NCBI GenBank assembly: GCA_965644315.1 | Contig: CBFFRQ010000068.1 | Coordinates: forward strand, 1,116,001 to 1,180,000 | Length of the DNA: 64,000 nt | Reading direction: 5' to 3' | Origin: Caecitellus pseudoparvulus | Lineage: Eukaryota; Protista; Bigyra: Bicosoecida | Shown: positions 1 through 10,330 of the stretch, piece by piece | Layout of the letters: every line of letters begins with the position of its first letter | How positions within the stretch are numbered: position 1 is the first letter of the stretch | Program-made: the position numbers and the translations under genes | Notes under the pieces: generated by a model | The model's database searches: none | What the model was told of the DNA's origin: nothing | What the model saw: the letters and a program-made list of their open reading frames with translations, nothing else

Positions 1-85
1 GCTGCAGCGTGTGGGATTTGTCGCCCGCACGCAGTGTGCGCACCCGCTGTTGGCGTGGCCTTGCATTCTCCCGTGTGCAAGCAGG

Positions 86-3000
86 TCACGGCCCATCGCT
101 GGAGTCCGAGTCGCCGTCACCCTGCCCCTCCCCCCGCTCCTGGAACATCTCCCGCACCGCCTCCGACCCCAACGCCTGCTCCCCCAGCAGCTCCTCCCCA
201 GACCCCCCCTTGCCCTCGCTGCCAAAGCTACGGTATCCAGACCGGCCCAGGGCGGGGCTTGGGGACAGGGCCATGTCCAGGCTGGCCTCGGAAGCCATGC
301 GCCCGTGGCGTGGTTCTGCCTCTTCCCCGCGCGTCGCCACAGATAGCAGCGGCTCGGCTTCGTCAGAGGACAGGCGCCGGCGCTGCTCCGCCACCCGCCC
401 CGAGTCCTGCGCGGCGCTGGGAGGGGGGGACTCAGCTCGACGCACGGGGCCCAGGAGTTCATCGCCTTCGCCTCCACCTGGGGGGCCCTGCGGCGTCGCC
501 AGCACAGAGGAGGGTGGGGGGGGCGTCCCTTTGCGCTCCACCTTGAACCCCACATCGGATGAGGGGCCGCCCCAGCCGGACCCGCCCTTGGGCGAGCCGC
601 CCACCTGCGGGGGCTCACCCGGCAGAGGACGGCTGTCCACAGACAGGGACCCGTCCACGGAGTCACCCATGGCGTCGTGAATGACGGGGGAGTCTCCCGA
701 GGAGGTGGCCGAGCGGACGCCAAAGCCCCCTCGGCGCCCCAGGCGCCCTCTCTCCAAGCCCCCTGCCCGGCTGCGGGGGGGCAGGGCGCCTCCCCGCTCA
801 GCTTTGGCCAGCGGGACAGCCTCTGCCTCGTCGTGGGCCTCGTGGGAGTCAGAGTCCACCTGCTTCGTGGCCCGTGTCTCCGCGGCTCGCTTGGCCACGG
901 CGGCCCGCCGGGCCATGATGGCACGCTTGCGCCGGTACTTGGGGTCCGAGCGCACGCTGTACAGCCAGCAGTAGTACATGCCGCAGCCGAAGACCAGGAT
1001 GAACACCAGCACGCCAATGCAGATACCGATGATTTCCCACAGGCTGAGCCCCGTCTCGGGGGTGTTGCTCGCACCAGCCACGTCCTGCGTCACCTCTGTG
1101 CTGCCTGTGAAGCTGGCGTCCGCGACAGCGGCGGTGTCCACTGTCGACGCCACTAGCATGATGCGGGGCACGCCAGCTGCGTCCACCTGACTAGCCGCAG
1201 CCTGTGCACGCCTGCGCAGGGACGTGGTGCTGGTCGCAGCCTGCCTGGAAGCCACAGCTTGTGCCGCAGCGTACACGGCTTCAACGCCGACGCGCACAGC
1301 TGACGACGCGGACTTGGCGCCATTGACCAGCTCCTGCACGGCAGCGGGTGCGGCGGCCTCTCCTACCGCACTGGACCCCGGGCTAGCGATCTCCAACTGC
1401 ACATCCACACCTTGTGCACAAGTGGCGGCCCTGCCCAGGCCGCCGCAGGACGCCGCCCCGGCCACTGCCACGGCACCGGTCGCCGCCAGCCGGTTGCCTG
1501 CCGCGTTCACCCGCACACGCTGCACGGAGATGGAGGCGGCCACAGCGACATCCACGGCAAGGCTGGTGACCCAGGCCTCCCCCACGGCGCCGTCGTCGCC
1601 CACGTGCACGCCGGCAGCCACAAACGCCCCAGCGCCCCCTGTCACGCGGTGAAACGGGTACTCCGCTCCATACCGCGCCGTGGTTGTGTCCACTGAGGAC
1701 CCTGTCAGGGTGGCTGCGCGGGCTAGCACCGCGTCCACGACAGCCTGGGAGTAGCTGGACACGGGCAGGGTGAGTGTGGAGAGGGAGGTGCCGCAGGCCA
1801 CTGTGCGGCAGCTGCGGGACACTGACGGCCGCGTCAAGGCCGAGCAAGAGCCGTTCACACCCGACCAGGGGCTGAACAGCTGCGTGGGCACACCCGCCTC
1901 CAGGGCACTGCTGTAGCTCTCAGGGTCCGTCGCTGGCGTGAAGGAACCGGTGCCGTCACTGCGCCGGGTGGGGCCGTCGTACAGGACAGCCTCGCACACT
2001 TGGCCGGGGCGCCGCCCCGCCGCGTTGCGCACGTTGCACTGCACTGGGCGCACCTGCACCCCCCCATTGCAGGCTGTGGAGCAGGCAGACCAGGCGTCTG
2101 CCACAGTCCACATGGGCACGTCCAGGCGCTGGCCTGTCAGGGGTGTCGCGCCCTGGGGCAGCGCCAACGCGAAGTCGCTGCGGGTGGCGGAAGTGAGGGG
2201 CAGGTGGCACCGGTCTCCGCCCCACCCAGCCACGCACTGACACTTGGCCAGTGTGCTGGGCCACATGTCGCTGCGGTCTGGGTTCAGGAAGGTGTCAAAG
2301 GCAGTCTCGATGCCAAGTTCTCCCTGCTTTGCCGGCAAGGTGCCAAAGAGGCGGTACTGCTGGTATGCCTTGGAGTGCGTGCAGGCGCCGTGGCCAGAGC
2401 ACGACGGATCACCCGAGCACACCGCCAGCACTGCGAGAGGCGGGAAGCCATCCACCGCCCCGCTCTCCGTGGCGTTCAAGGCGGCCTGCCCATTGGCACC
2501 TGCCGCCATGGCGCCGGATGCCGCCACCTGCGACCCGCTCGCGATGTGCACGCCGCAGTCTGGACCAGCCCAGCCTGGGGCACAGGCACAGGCACCTCCA
2601 CCCACAATGGCCGGGGAGGCCAGGAAGGGCAGCACCCACGTCAAGTTCAGGGGTGCCACCACTTCTCGCAGCATGGACGTCGTGCCGCGGGATGTGTGCA
2701 TGGAGGGCAGGTCCTGCACTGCGCCCCGGGCGGTGGCCCCTGCCAGCGCAGTCCACGCTTGCTGCCCAGCCACCGGCCCTGGCTGCTGGCTGCCTGTGAA
2801 GAAATCTGCCGCAGCGCTCTGCAGCAGGGCCTTGGCAGTGGTGGGGTCTGTCAGGTTGCCCAGGCGCTCGGCAGCTGCGAAGAGGCCTGCTTCTGACACT
2901 GTCCAGCCCTGCAGGGCTGCGGCAGCGGCAGCGTGGCCGCCCAGGCCCTGGCCGGAAGTGAGGGTGGCAGGGTCGGTTGGGGGCCACACCCCAGCCGAAG

Positions 3001-4246
3001 CGGGCAGGCACATGCCGTGGCCTGAGCACGTCGTGCCCGCAAAAGCCTCGGCTGCCGTGGCCTGGGTCGCACTGCCAGCATCCTCCACCACGCTGACGAG
3101 GCGTGCGCCGGAGCAGGGGACGCAAGCATCCACAGCGTGCACGGCCGTGCCTCGCGCGCCCAGGCTGTCCCCCGCACACTGCTGGAAACCAGCCGGGCAC
3201 GACACTGCGCCAGTGACAGCGTCCACGACGGAGGCTGCGCAAATGCCGCTGCCGTCCTGTGCCGTGCAAGCCCCATTGCCGGCCACACTGCCAGTGGCGC
3301 CGTAGCCTGTGGCAGCTCGGCCAGCGCCGTGCCACCACCAGGGCGCGGCAGCTGCGAGGTCGGGGTGTGGCAGAGAACATGCCACTTCGCGGAGAGCTAG
3401 CGTCTCCACAGAGCAGCCGGTGGCGTTGCTGGGGGCAGGGGCCGGGCAGCTGAACACGCTGCCTTCTGCGCACGTGTCGTTAAGCACAATGGTGCCGTTG
3501 GGAAACTTGACAGCTTGCAACCAGGCACCCCAGACATTGCCCACAGTTGTGTTGCCGCCGGCAGCACCAGCCACAGCCTGCGCCAGGCTGCCTGCCACTT
3601 GGGAGGAAAGTGTGATGCTGCAGGTGGCACACACTCGCTTCACGTGCATGCCAGGAGCACAGGTGGAGCAGGAAGCACCGGTGAAGCCCCAAGCACAAGC
3701 ACAAGCACCCCCACCGGAGGTGGACCCAGTCTGCCGGGAACAGGTGCCGTGCCCCGAGCAGACGTCAACGCGGCGCCAGGCTTGGCCCGGCGCCAGACCA
3801 GCGTCGCTGGGCGCCCTCTGACGCCAAGCAGCCTCTCCGTCACTGTGGTACCCGTAGCCAGGGTCCCGTGCAGCCAAGGAAGCCAAGGAAATCATGGACG
3901 CTTCCCTGTCAGCCAAGCAACGTGCATCATCCACAACGCCGAGGAAGGAGCGGCCTGCTTGCGCCGACGTTACAGCCTCCACAGCGGCAGCGCTCCCAGC
4001 TGCGGCTGCCGCAGCCGCATCCGTCGCGTACAGCGCCTCGAACACCTCCCCGGGACATGAAAATGGTGAGGGTGTGGGTGTCACACTGGGAGTGGCTGCA
4101 GGCGAAGGGCTGGGGCTGACAGAAGGCGACGGTGTGACGGCAAGGAAACGTGCGTGCCTGTCGCCAGCGACACCTTGAGCGGCAAGACTAGCCAGCACGA
4201 CAAGCACCGTGGCCAGAGCAGCAGTCCCGCGCATCGCAGACAGCAT
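86..4246 (-). CDS. Type I membrane protein with several EGF/laminin-like repeats and a thrombospondin type-1 (TSP1) domain
   Basis: Within ORF 86..4456, ATG at 4246 (accATG) starts a signal peptide (MLSAMRGTAALATVLVVLASLAAQGVAG). Three CSGHGxC motifs with CxCxxGWxGxxC/CAWGFTGASC EGF tails, TSP1 motif WSACSTACNGGVQVRPVQC, one TM helix (IIGICIGVLVFILVFGCGMYYCWLY) followed by a basic cluster and a disordered tail. Confidence 0.8.
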   Translation of the reverse strand: MLSAMRGTAALATVLVVLASLAAQGVAGDRHARFLAVTPSPSVSPSPSPAATPSVTPTPSPFSCPGEVFEALYATDAAAAAAAGSAAAVEAVTSAQAGRSFLGVVDDARCLADREASMISLASLAARDPGYGYHSDGEAAWRQRAPSDAGLAPGQAWRRVDVCSGHGTCSRQTGSTSGGGACACAWGFTGASCSTCAPGMHVKRVCATCSITLSSQVAGSLAQAVAGAAGGNTTVGNVWGAWLQAVKFPNGTIVLNDTCAEGSVFSCPAPAPSNATGCSVETLALREVACSLPHPDLAAAAPWWWHGAGRAATGYGATGSVAGNGACTAQDGSGICAASVVDAVTGAVSCPAGFQQCAGDSLGARGTAVHAVDACVPCSGARLVSVVEDAGSATQATAAEAFAGTTCSGHGMCLPASAGVWPPTDPATLTSGQGLGGHAAAAAALQGWTVSEAGLFAAAERLGNLTDPTTAKALLQSAAADFFTGSQQPGPVAGQQAWTALAGATARGAVQDLPSMHTSRGTTSMLREVVAPLNLTWVLPFLASPAIVGGGACACAPGWAGPDCGVHIASGSQVAASGAMAAGANGQAALNATESGAVDGFPPLAVLAVCSGDPSCSGHGACTHSKAYQQYRLFGTLPAKQGELGIETAFDTFLNPDRSDMWPSTLAKCQCVAGWGGDRCHLPLTSATRSDFALALPQGATPLTGQRLDVPMWTVADAWSACSTACNGGVQVRPVQCNVRNAAGRRPGQVCEAVLYDGPTRRSDGTGSFTPATDPESYSSALEAGVPTQLFSPWSGVNGSCSALTRPSVSRSCRTVACGTSLSTLTLPVSSYSQAVVDAVLARAATLTGSSVDTTTARYGAEYPFHRVTGGAGAFVAAGVHVGDDGAVGEAWVTSLAVDVAVAASISVQRVRVNAAGNRLAATGAVAVAGAASCGGLGRAATCAQGVDVQLEIASPGSSAVGEAAAPAAVQELVNGAKSASSAVRVGVEAVYAAAQAVASRQAATSTTSLRRRAQAAASQVDAAGVPRIMLVASTVDTAAVADASFTGSTEVTQDVAGASNTPETGLSLWEIIGICIGVLVFILVFGCGMYYCWLYSVRSDPKYRRKRAIMARRAAVAKRAAETRATKQVDSDSHEAHDEAEAVPLAKAERGGALPPRSRAGGLERGRLGRRGGFGVRSATSSGDSPVIHDAMGDSVDGSLSVDSRPLPGEPPQVGGSPKGGSGWGGPSSDVGFKVERKGTPPPPSSVLATPQGPPGGGEGDELLGPVRRAESPPPSAAQDSGRVAEQRRRLSSDEAEPLLSVATRGEEAEPRHGRMASEASLDMALSPSPALGRSGYRSFGSEGKGGSGEELLGEQALGSEAVREMFQERGEGQGDGDSDSSDGP

Positions 4247-4742
4247 GGTGCGCTCGAGGGTCCAGCCCTGTCCCGCTTCGTCGAGGCGGCACAGTGACCT
4301 CCACCACCAAGGCGAGGGGTGAAGCAGCCGGCTGCCCGGTGCAGCGCCTGGCTCGCCGAAGCACTGAGTTGCTAAGCTTCTGCACCTGGCCTGTTTGAGT
4401 GCGCACCTTGAAATGCACGTGCATCCGCCCCTCGCACCGCAAGCACGCAGTCTCATAAATTTGCCGTCAGGGCGAGAGCACGCTTTGCCCAGGCCTCAAG
4501 GCTGTTCAAGTTGCTTGTGCGCCCCCCGCCTGGCCTGCCGGCACAGTTGCAGCGCAGGCACACCAAGCAAGCATTCTTCACACACCGTCGCGCATCGGGT
4601 GCCACTTGCTCTTCCTCTGGCTCCTACTTGAGGCGTGCACAGGCATTCGGCTCTTGTCGTTCGAAACAATTTCCGCACAGCATCCTCTGCGTGGGCAGCA
4701 GCGCCTACCGCAGCCCCGCACCGGCACCCTCAACCACCTGCC

Positions 4743-6854
4743 ATGGCTGATGAAGACGGTGGCTCTTCCACCAAGATCTCAGTTGGGCTGAACACGAACT
4801 GCGTCAGGGATATCAATGCCGCCATCGCTGAGGTGAGAGGCACCTGCGGAACATGCACACTTGCCTGCCCCGCGTGACCCGTGCCCGCTTTGCCTGCCCA
4901 GGCAGCCGATGTGCCCTTTGACTTCATTTGCGTGCCAGTCTTCCACCCGCGCCTCAAGCGAGACAAGCTGGGCATTTCTGCTAGCCGCCTGGCCCCTGGA
5001 ACTCGCAGTGACCTGGAGCTGGACAGCTCTCGCTGGACCAGCTGTGTTGTGGGCAAGCTGTCACCATGGCTGGCCGTGGACTCGCCATCCCCCGCCGTGC
5101 GCGCAGCCAGCACAGCTGCCTGGAAGCAGGAGGTGGCGTGGTGCTCACACCTGGGCGTGCCAGCCGTGCTGTGCCCCCCCGTCACGCGGAACTGCGCCAA
5201 CTACGCGCAGCTGCTCACCAACACCGTCAAGGCCTCCACTTTCCTGCACGCTTGGGTGACTGTGCCCCTCGTGTACTCCCACAAGTCTCTGGCCCCCCAG
5301 ATGGAGGGCGCCGTCGTCGCTCGCACGGCAGGCGAGGCAGAGGCCAGCGCCCTCGCTGCCCTGCCCACAGCAGCAGCTGGAGCCGGACTGCTGGGGGGTG
5401 AGGGAGGTGCTGGTGGCGCAGGACCGCCCAGCCTGGACAAGGACGACCCCTGGTATGCCTGGGACACCCTGCGCACCATGTCGGAGTTCTCCACGCAGAT
5501 CTCCGCGGCCCTGTTGGTCACGGAGGACCTGCCCAGCGACGCCGCGCTGGAGCGCTGGACTGGCGAGCCCGTGAAGGCCGCCATCCTGCCCACGCACCTC
5601 TTCGTCGCAAACAAGGCGGGGTACCCTGTGCTGCTCCCCCGGCACAAGGCTTTCGTACGGGCGCTGTACGCGCAGCGAGTGCAGTTCATCCTGCAAGGGC
5701 GAGCTGTGCTGGGCGGCACGGCGGGCGCCAGTCCCTACACCCCCTACGTGCAGTACTTGCACCACATCCTCATGTCCCTGCCTGGGCACACGGAGAAGGA
5801 CGAGTTTGAGAGCCCCTACTACGACTACCTGCAGGCGCCCCTGCAGCCCCTCATGGACAACCTAGAGTCCAGCACCTACGAGACATTCGAGCGGGACCCC
5901 ATCAAGTACCAGCAGTACGAAGCTGCCATCAAGGCCGCCCTGCTGGACACGCCGGAGAGCAAGGTCAGCGTGGTCATGGTGGTGGGGGCGGGGCGAGGCC
6001 CCCTCGTCCGCCGGGCCATCTCGGCAGCAGCCGACGCCCACCGCACCATCCGAGTGTACGCAGTGGAGAAGAACCCCAATGCCATCATCACCCTGCGGTC
6101 CCTCTCGCGCCGCCTGGGGTGGGAGGGTGTCGTCACCATCGTGCACCAAGACATGCGCCAGTGGGAAGCTCCCGAAGGCGCCGACATCATGGTGTCTGAG
6201 CTGCTGGGGTCTTGGGGCGACAACGAGCTCAGCCCAGAGTGCCTGGATGGCGCACAGCGCTTCCTGAAGCCGGGCGGCATCTCCATTCCCTACGAGTACA
6301 CCTCCTACGTCGCCCCCATCACCTCTTCCAAGCTGTGGAACGAAGTGGCTACCCAGGGACCCGACTCACTCAAGGGCTACGAGACGGCCTACGTCGTCAA
6401 ACTGCACAACCACAAGATGCTTGCACCGTCCCAGCCTGTGTTCACATTTGTGCACCCCAACCCTGAGGCGCCCGTCGGCGCTGCTGTGGCGCCGCCGGGC
6501 ACGCCTGGCACTGCCCCAGGCGGCATCCCGGACAACACCCGCTACACGGCGCTCACATTCACCTCCGATGTGGATGGCACGCTGCATGGCTTTGGGGGCT
6601 ACTTCATCGCCAAGCTGTACAAGGACATTGACATTTCCATCGAGCCGGAGACACACTCCCCCGGCATGTTCTCCTGGTTCCCCCTGTACATCCCTCTGCG
6701 CACGCCGGCGGTGGTGGCCAAGGGCGGCACCATCGAGGTGCACATGTGGCGGTGTGTTGGCGGAGGCAAGGTGTGGTATGAATGGTCAACTCTGCAGCCC
6801 ACCGTGTCCCCTCTTCACAACCCCACCGGCCGTAGTTACTGGATCGGCCTGTAA
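4743..6854 (+). CDS. PRMT5: Protein arginine N-methyltransferase 5 (PRMT5/Skb1); 2 exons, intron 4833-4901
   Basis: Hallmark motifs YYDYLQAPLQPLMDNLESSTYETFERDPIKY, VVGAGRGPLV, AVEKNPNA, SELLGSWGDNELSPECLDG, HSPGMFSWFP. Exon 1 (MADEDGG..AIAE) joins in phase across a 69-nt GTGAGA..CAG intron that contains a stop. Confidence 0.97.
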
Positions 6855-6986
6855 GGCAATGCACGGTCATTCGCTCGCGGTGGAGGGGCGTAAACCGCGC
6901 TCAAATGCAGCACACGCGCGCAGCTCCCTGTGCTCACTGAGGCATAACGGAACATTTGCACGGAGAAAGCCGAAACGCAAAAAGTA

Positions 6987-7058
6987 AGCACCCCGTGGGG
7001 GTCGAACCCACAACCTTCTGAGCCGAAATCAGATGCGCTGCCATTGCGCCAGAGGTGC
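6987..7058 (-). tRNA. tRNA-Arg, anticodon UCG (copy 1)
   Basis: Reverse complement folds as a cloverleaf: GCACCTC/GGGGTGC acceptor, GCGC D-stem, TCTGA-TTTCGGC-TCAGA anticodon arm, GTGGG-TTCGACC-CCCAC T-arm. A T5 Pol III terminator follows (plus-strand A run 6979-6983). Confidence 0.92.
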
Positions 7059-7149
7059 GGCTAATAAATTTGAGGTGGAAAAATAGCAAGTTAGAAACTG
7101 ACTTGCACGAGAAACACTCCCAGGTCTGTTCGGGCGCGGAAAAAGAGAG

Positions 7150-7221
7150 AGCACCCCGTGGGGGTCGAACCCACAACCTTTTGAGCCGAAATCAAATGCG
7201 CTGCCATTGCGCCAGAGGTGC
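7150..7221 (-). tRNA. tRNA-Arg, anticodon UCG (copy 2)
   Basis: Identical to copy 1 except the anticodon stem is TTTGA/TCAAA. T5 terminator at 7140-7144; AT-rich TATA-like 5' flank. Confidence 0.92.
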
Positions 7222-7530
7222 ATCGACCTGGGGGATGGCATGAATTTAAATTATCTAAACAACTGTACACATTCCAAATTGAGCAAGGATCCTGCACCCT
7301 TGACCTCGTTGCCGCTTTCAATTCAAGGACGCTTGCAGAGTTGCACACCAGCGCAAAACAAGTCGCCATGTCAAAAAAAGTACCATTTCTTCCAACAGCA
7401 AAGGTGCACTCCCGAGCACCAGCGCCTGGCCCTCTGCACGGGCGGTTTGGAAAGTGGAATTGCAGCTCCTGAAATTCCGCATCAGCCCCGTGCAAGGCTG
7501 AACCCTCAAGCCCTGCAGGACATCTGCAGC

Positions 7531-10152
7531 ATGGCAGCACAGGCTGACAATGGCTCCGCTAGCCTGCCATCCCTACCTGACTCTGCAGACACCGGACTGT
7601 CGTGCGAAAGCGTGACGGTGAGCAGGGTCAAGCCGGGCTTGCCCACCCCGGCGCCGTTGGGCAGGTGGAAGCGCAGCGCAGGAGCATGCAACACTGAGAG
7701 CATGCTGCTCCATGCCTTGACCCCACCCACAGCTGCCGTTCCACCGAATCCCCATGCGTTCTCGGTGTCAAAGCATGCCCCCGCCCACGTGAAAAAGTTC
7801 ATGGCAGCAGTGGTGCAGGAAACCAGCCAGCCTGGGAGCCCGACTGCTGCGCAACAGTTGGCCCCCGACGCCAAAAAGAAGCCACGCAGGCGCAAACCAC
7901 TACCCACGACATACTCTATGTCTTTCCAAGGTCTACAGGGCAAGGCGCCTGCCAAGTCCGATGCAGTGCTGCCTGCAGGCACACAGTCAGTGCCGTCCAC
8001 GACCATTGCGCAAGGTGCAGCGAGCGCCAGACGCCAAGTCGCGTCAGCTGTGGGCGGCAGCCCCATCAAGCTACAGAAGTGCCTGAAGGCCCTGGACGGT
8101 GACGGCGACGGCGCGCTGACCTACTCCCAGCTGCTGCACTCCCTCCGTGGCCTGGGCGTGCACCTCTCCACTCGGGAGCTGGGTGGCATGCTCACTGAGT
8201 TGGACCCGCAGGGGCTGGGGGTGGTGGACGCAGCCCATGCCACAGCCTGCATTTGCCCTCCGCAGTCACTCTCTGCGTGGCAGCCCCTGCAGCGCATGCG
8301 TGAGATTACGTGGAGGGCTGGTGCGGACACAGCGCAACTGCGCCGACTGCTGCATGAGGCCGGCCCGCCAGGGTCGTCCGATGTAACGACGACGACCTTG
8401 GCGACCGCCTTGGCGCGAGCTGGAGCCCCCATGGCGACGTCTGACGTGCAGTCTGTCTTGAAGTCGTTGGGGGCGCGTGGGGACGAAACTGTGTCGCAGC
8501 ATGCTCTGCTGGCGGCGCTGGAAGAGGCAGACGGACAGCTGGACAGCACAGCACGGCCTGGCCCTACGACGGGGCTGCAGGCGCCCGACCCGGCGGCGTC
8601 CGCGGGCCAAGGGTCCGACGCCGGAGGGAAAGACCGCCCAGCCCCCCGCGGCGCGCTGGTGAAGACCGTTGCAGACTCAGTGCTGGCGCCGCAGGTCATC
8701 CCAGCCACGTCCCTGCCCAGAGAAGCAGCCCACCTGCCGGCCCACCACCGTCGCCTCAGGCGAGTCTTTCAAATCGGCTCGTCTGTGGCGTGCCCCGGCA
8801 CACCCGATGCGCCCCCAGGCTCCCTTGCCCATGATCAGCTGCGCTTCGGGCTGTCACGCATTGGCGTGCACTTCACAGACGGGGACTTTTCTCGCTTCGT
8901 CCAGGCGGCAGATCCACAGGGCCAGGGCTTCGTGTCCTACGACGGCATGTGTGATCTGCTCGGCGTCTCGGAGCGCCCACAGGCGCCCCGTGAAGCGGCG
9001 CCGCCCAGCCTGCCCTTCCGCCCTGGGCCTCAGCCGGCGGGGCCAGTCACCCGCGGCGACGCCAAGTGGCACAAGACACGCCCACGCTCCAGCGAACAGA
9101 CCTTCCACCCACTCATGCGGTACGAGACGCCGGGGCTCGTCAACGTGTCACCCCCCCACGCCCAACGACCGGGCAAGTGCAAGCCTGACCCCACGACAGC
9201 GGCCCTGCGGCGCAAGGGGTTGGCGATTCCCGACGATGACTTGGCTGGCGCAGTGCGCCCGGACCGCCACCATGTGAGGAGGCATGCCCCCGAGGTGAGT
9301 AAGGGGCACATGGAGGGGCAACCCCGCCGCCGCGCCCGCCGTGGTGTGCCCCAGCCAGCCACGGACCACATCGAGCGGCTGGGCATCTTGCCCAGCTCCC
9401 GGGCTGCCTCTCCCGCGGAGCAGAGGGTGGAAGGGGACCGGGGCTGGGGCCTGCGGGGCTTCACGACACAGGCTGGGACCCTGACAGCTGATGCGCAAGC
9501 TTCCCGCAAAGCCATGGCCCATAGCAGCCTGTGGGGAGGGGCCGCCCCTCCACGTGCGAAAACCAGGTCACAGTCAGCGCCCAGGCTGTCCGTGGGTGAC
9601 TTTGCGCGGGGAGCTAGTGCCCGGGGCAGCTTTGACTTGGCGCCGTCCGACCTCAGCTCGCGCCAGGTGCGCCCCCCCCCTCCCTCACGCAAAGTGGGTC
9701 ACAAGGAGCAAGCCTCACTTGGGCAGGACCTCGTCCCGCTTGGCACCGCACGCACGACTCGAGACGCCGGCCAAGAGACCGTGCAGCCAGCCAGTATTTC
9801 CACGTACCGCCCCAACGCCGCCAGGCAGCGCGGGGAGTTCGCATCTTCGGGCAAAGGCTCGTGGCAGGCAAGGGCCGCCACAGCGCTGCGAGACTGGCGT
9901 GCCCGCGCCGCTTATGCGCAGGCGCACTTTGTGTCCAGTGTGGACATGATCGGCCAAGAGCAGACTGCTCTGCATTGGGCACAAGCCAACAACCAGCGGG
10001 GGGAGCAGCTGGCCCCTGCAGCACAGCACACACCTGACGCTGCGCACAGCATTGGCGGGGAGAAGGTCTGTCGCCCAGTGCAGCGCCCCCCCCCTCCCCC
10101 CCTTGCAGCAGGTTGCTCAGCAGACACACCTTCATTGCCTGAGTCTGAGTAA
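7531..10152 (+). CDS. EF-hand-containing protein with long disordered regions
   Basis: Within the 981-aa ORF, probable ATG at 7531. EF-loop-like segments LDGDGDGALTYSQL, LDPQGLGVVDAAHA and ADPQGQGFVSYDGM lie in helix-loop-helix context; several are degenerate. Confidence 0.65.
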   Translation: MAAQADNGSASLPSLPDSADTGLSCESVTVSRVKPGLPTPAPLGRWKRSAGACNTESMLLHALTPPTAAVPPNPHAFSVSKHAPAHVKKFMAAVVQETSQPGSPTAAQQLAPDAKKKPRRRKPLPTTYSMSFQGLQGKAPAKSDAVLPAGTQSVPSTTIAQGAASARRQVASAVGGSPIKLQKCLKALDGDGDGALTYSQLLHSLRGLGVHLSTRELGGMLTELDPQGLGVVDAAHATACICPPQSLSAWQPLQRMREITWRAGADTAQLRRLLHEAGPPGSSDVTTTTLATALARAGAPMATSDVQSVLKSLGARGDETVSQHALLAALEEADGQLDSTARPGPTTGLQAPDPAASAGQGSDAGGKDRPAPRGALVKTVADSVLAPQVIPATSLPREAAHLPAHHRRLRRVFQIGSSVACPGTPDAPPGSLAHDQLRFGLSRIGVHFTDGDFSRFVQAADPQGQGFVSYDGMCDLLGVSERPQAPREAAPPSLPFRPGPQPAGPVTRGDAKWHKTRPRSSEQTFHPLMRYETPGLVNVSPPHAQRPGKCKPDPTTAALRRKGLAIPDDDLAGAVRPDRHHVRRHAPEVSKGHMEGQPRRRARRGVPQPATDHIERLGILPSSRAASPAEQRVEGDRGWGLRGFTTQAGTLTADAQASRKAMAHSSLWGGAAPPRAKTRSQSAPRLSVGDFARGASARGSFDLAPSDLSSRQVRPPPPSRKVGHKEQASLGQDLVPLGTARTTRDAGQETVQPASISTYRPNAARQRGEFASSGKGSWQARAATALRDWRARAAYAQAHFVSSVDMIGQEQTALHWAQANNQRGEQLAPAAQHTPDAAHSIGGEKVCRPVQRPPPPPLAAGCSADTPSLPESE

Positions 10153-10330
10153 ATCCCGACCCTGCCTTGCATTGCTCAGTCGGAGATCGCTAGAAGCTGA
10201 GCCTGGCGTCGGTTGTACCGGGGTCGCAGAGCCAGGCAGGCCACGCACCCCGAGGAGGCTGCATCCTGCCCCAATCTCGGCAGAACAGTGAATGAAAGAG
10301 ACCACGTAAAACTTTCAGTTGTGTTTGGGG

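Noticed and set aside
7081-7106. AAATAGCAAGTTA match to the SpCas9 tracrRNA scaffold, overlapping a small hairpin (7086-7106) between the tRNAs
   Set aside because: Only 13 nt match in an AT-rich spacer and the rest of the scaffold is absent; most likely chance.
6987-7221. CGA codon reassignment (the tRNA body looks superficially Trp-like)
   Set aside because: CGA occupies invariant Arg positions in PRMT5 GAGRGPL and Trp[10 protein letters not shown], and the D- and T-arms resemble yeast tRNA-Arg. TAA, TAG and TGA all act as stops in this window.
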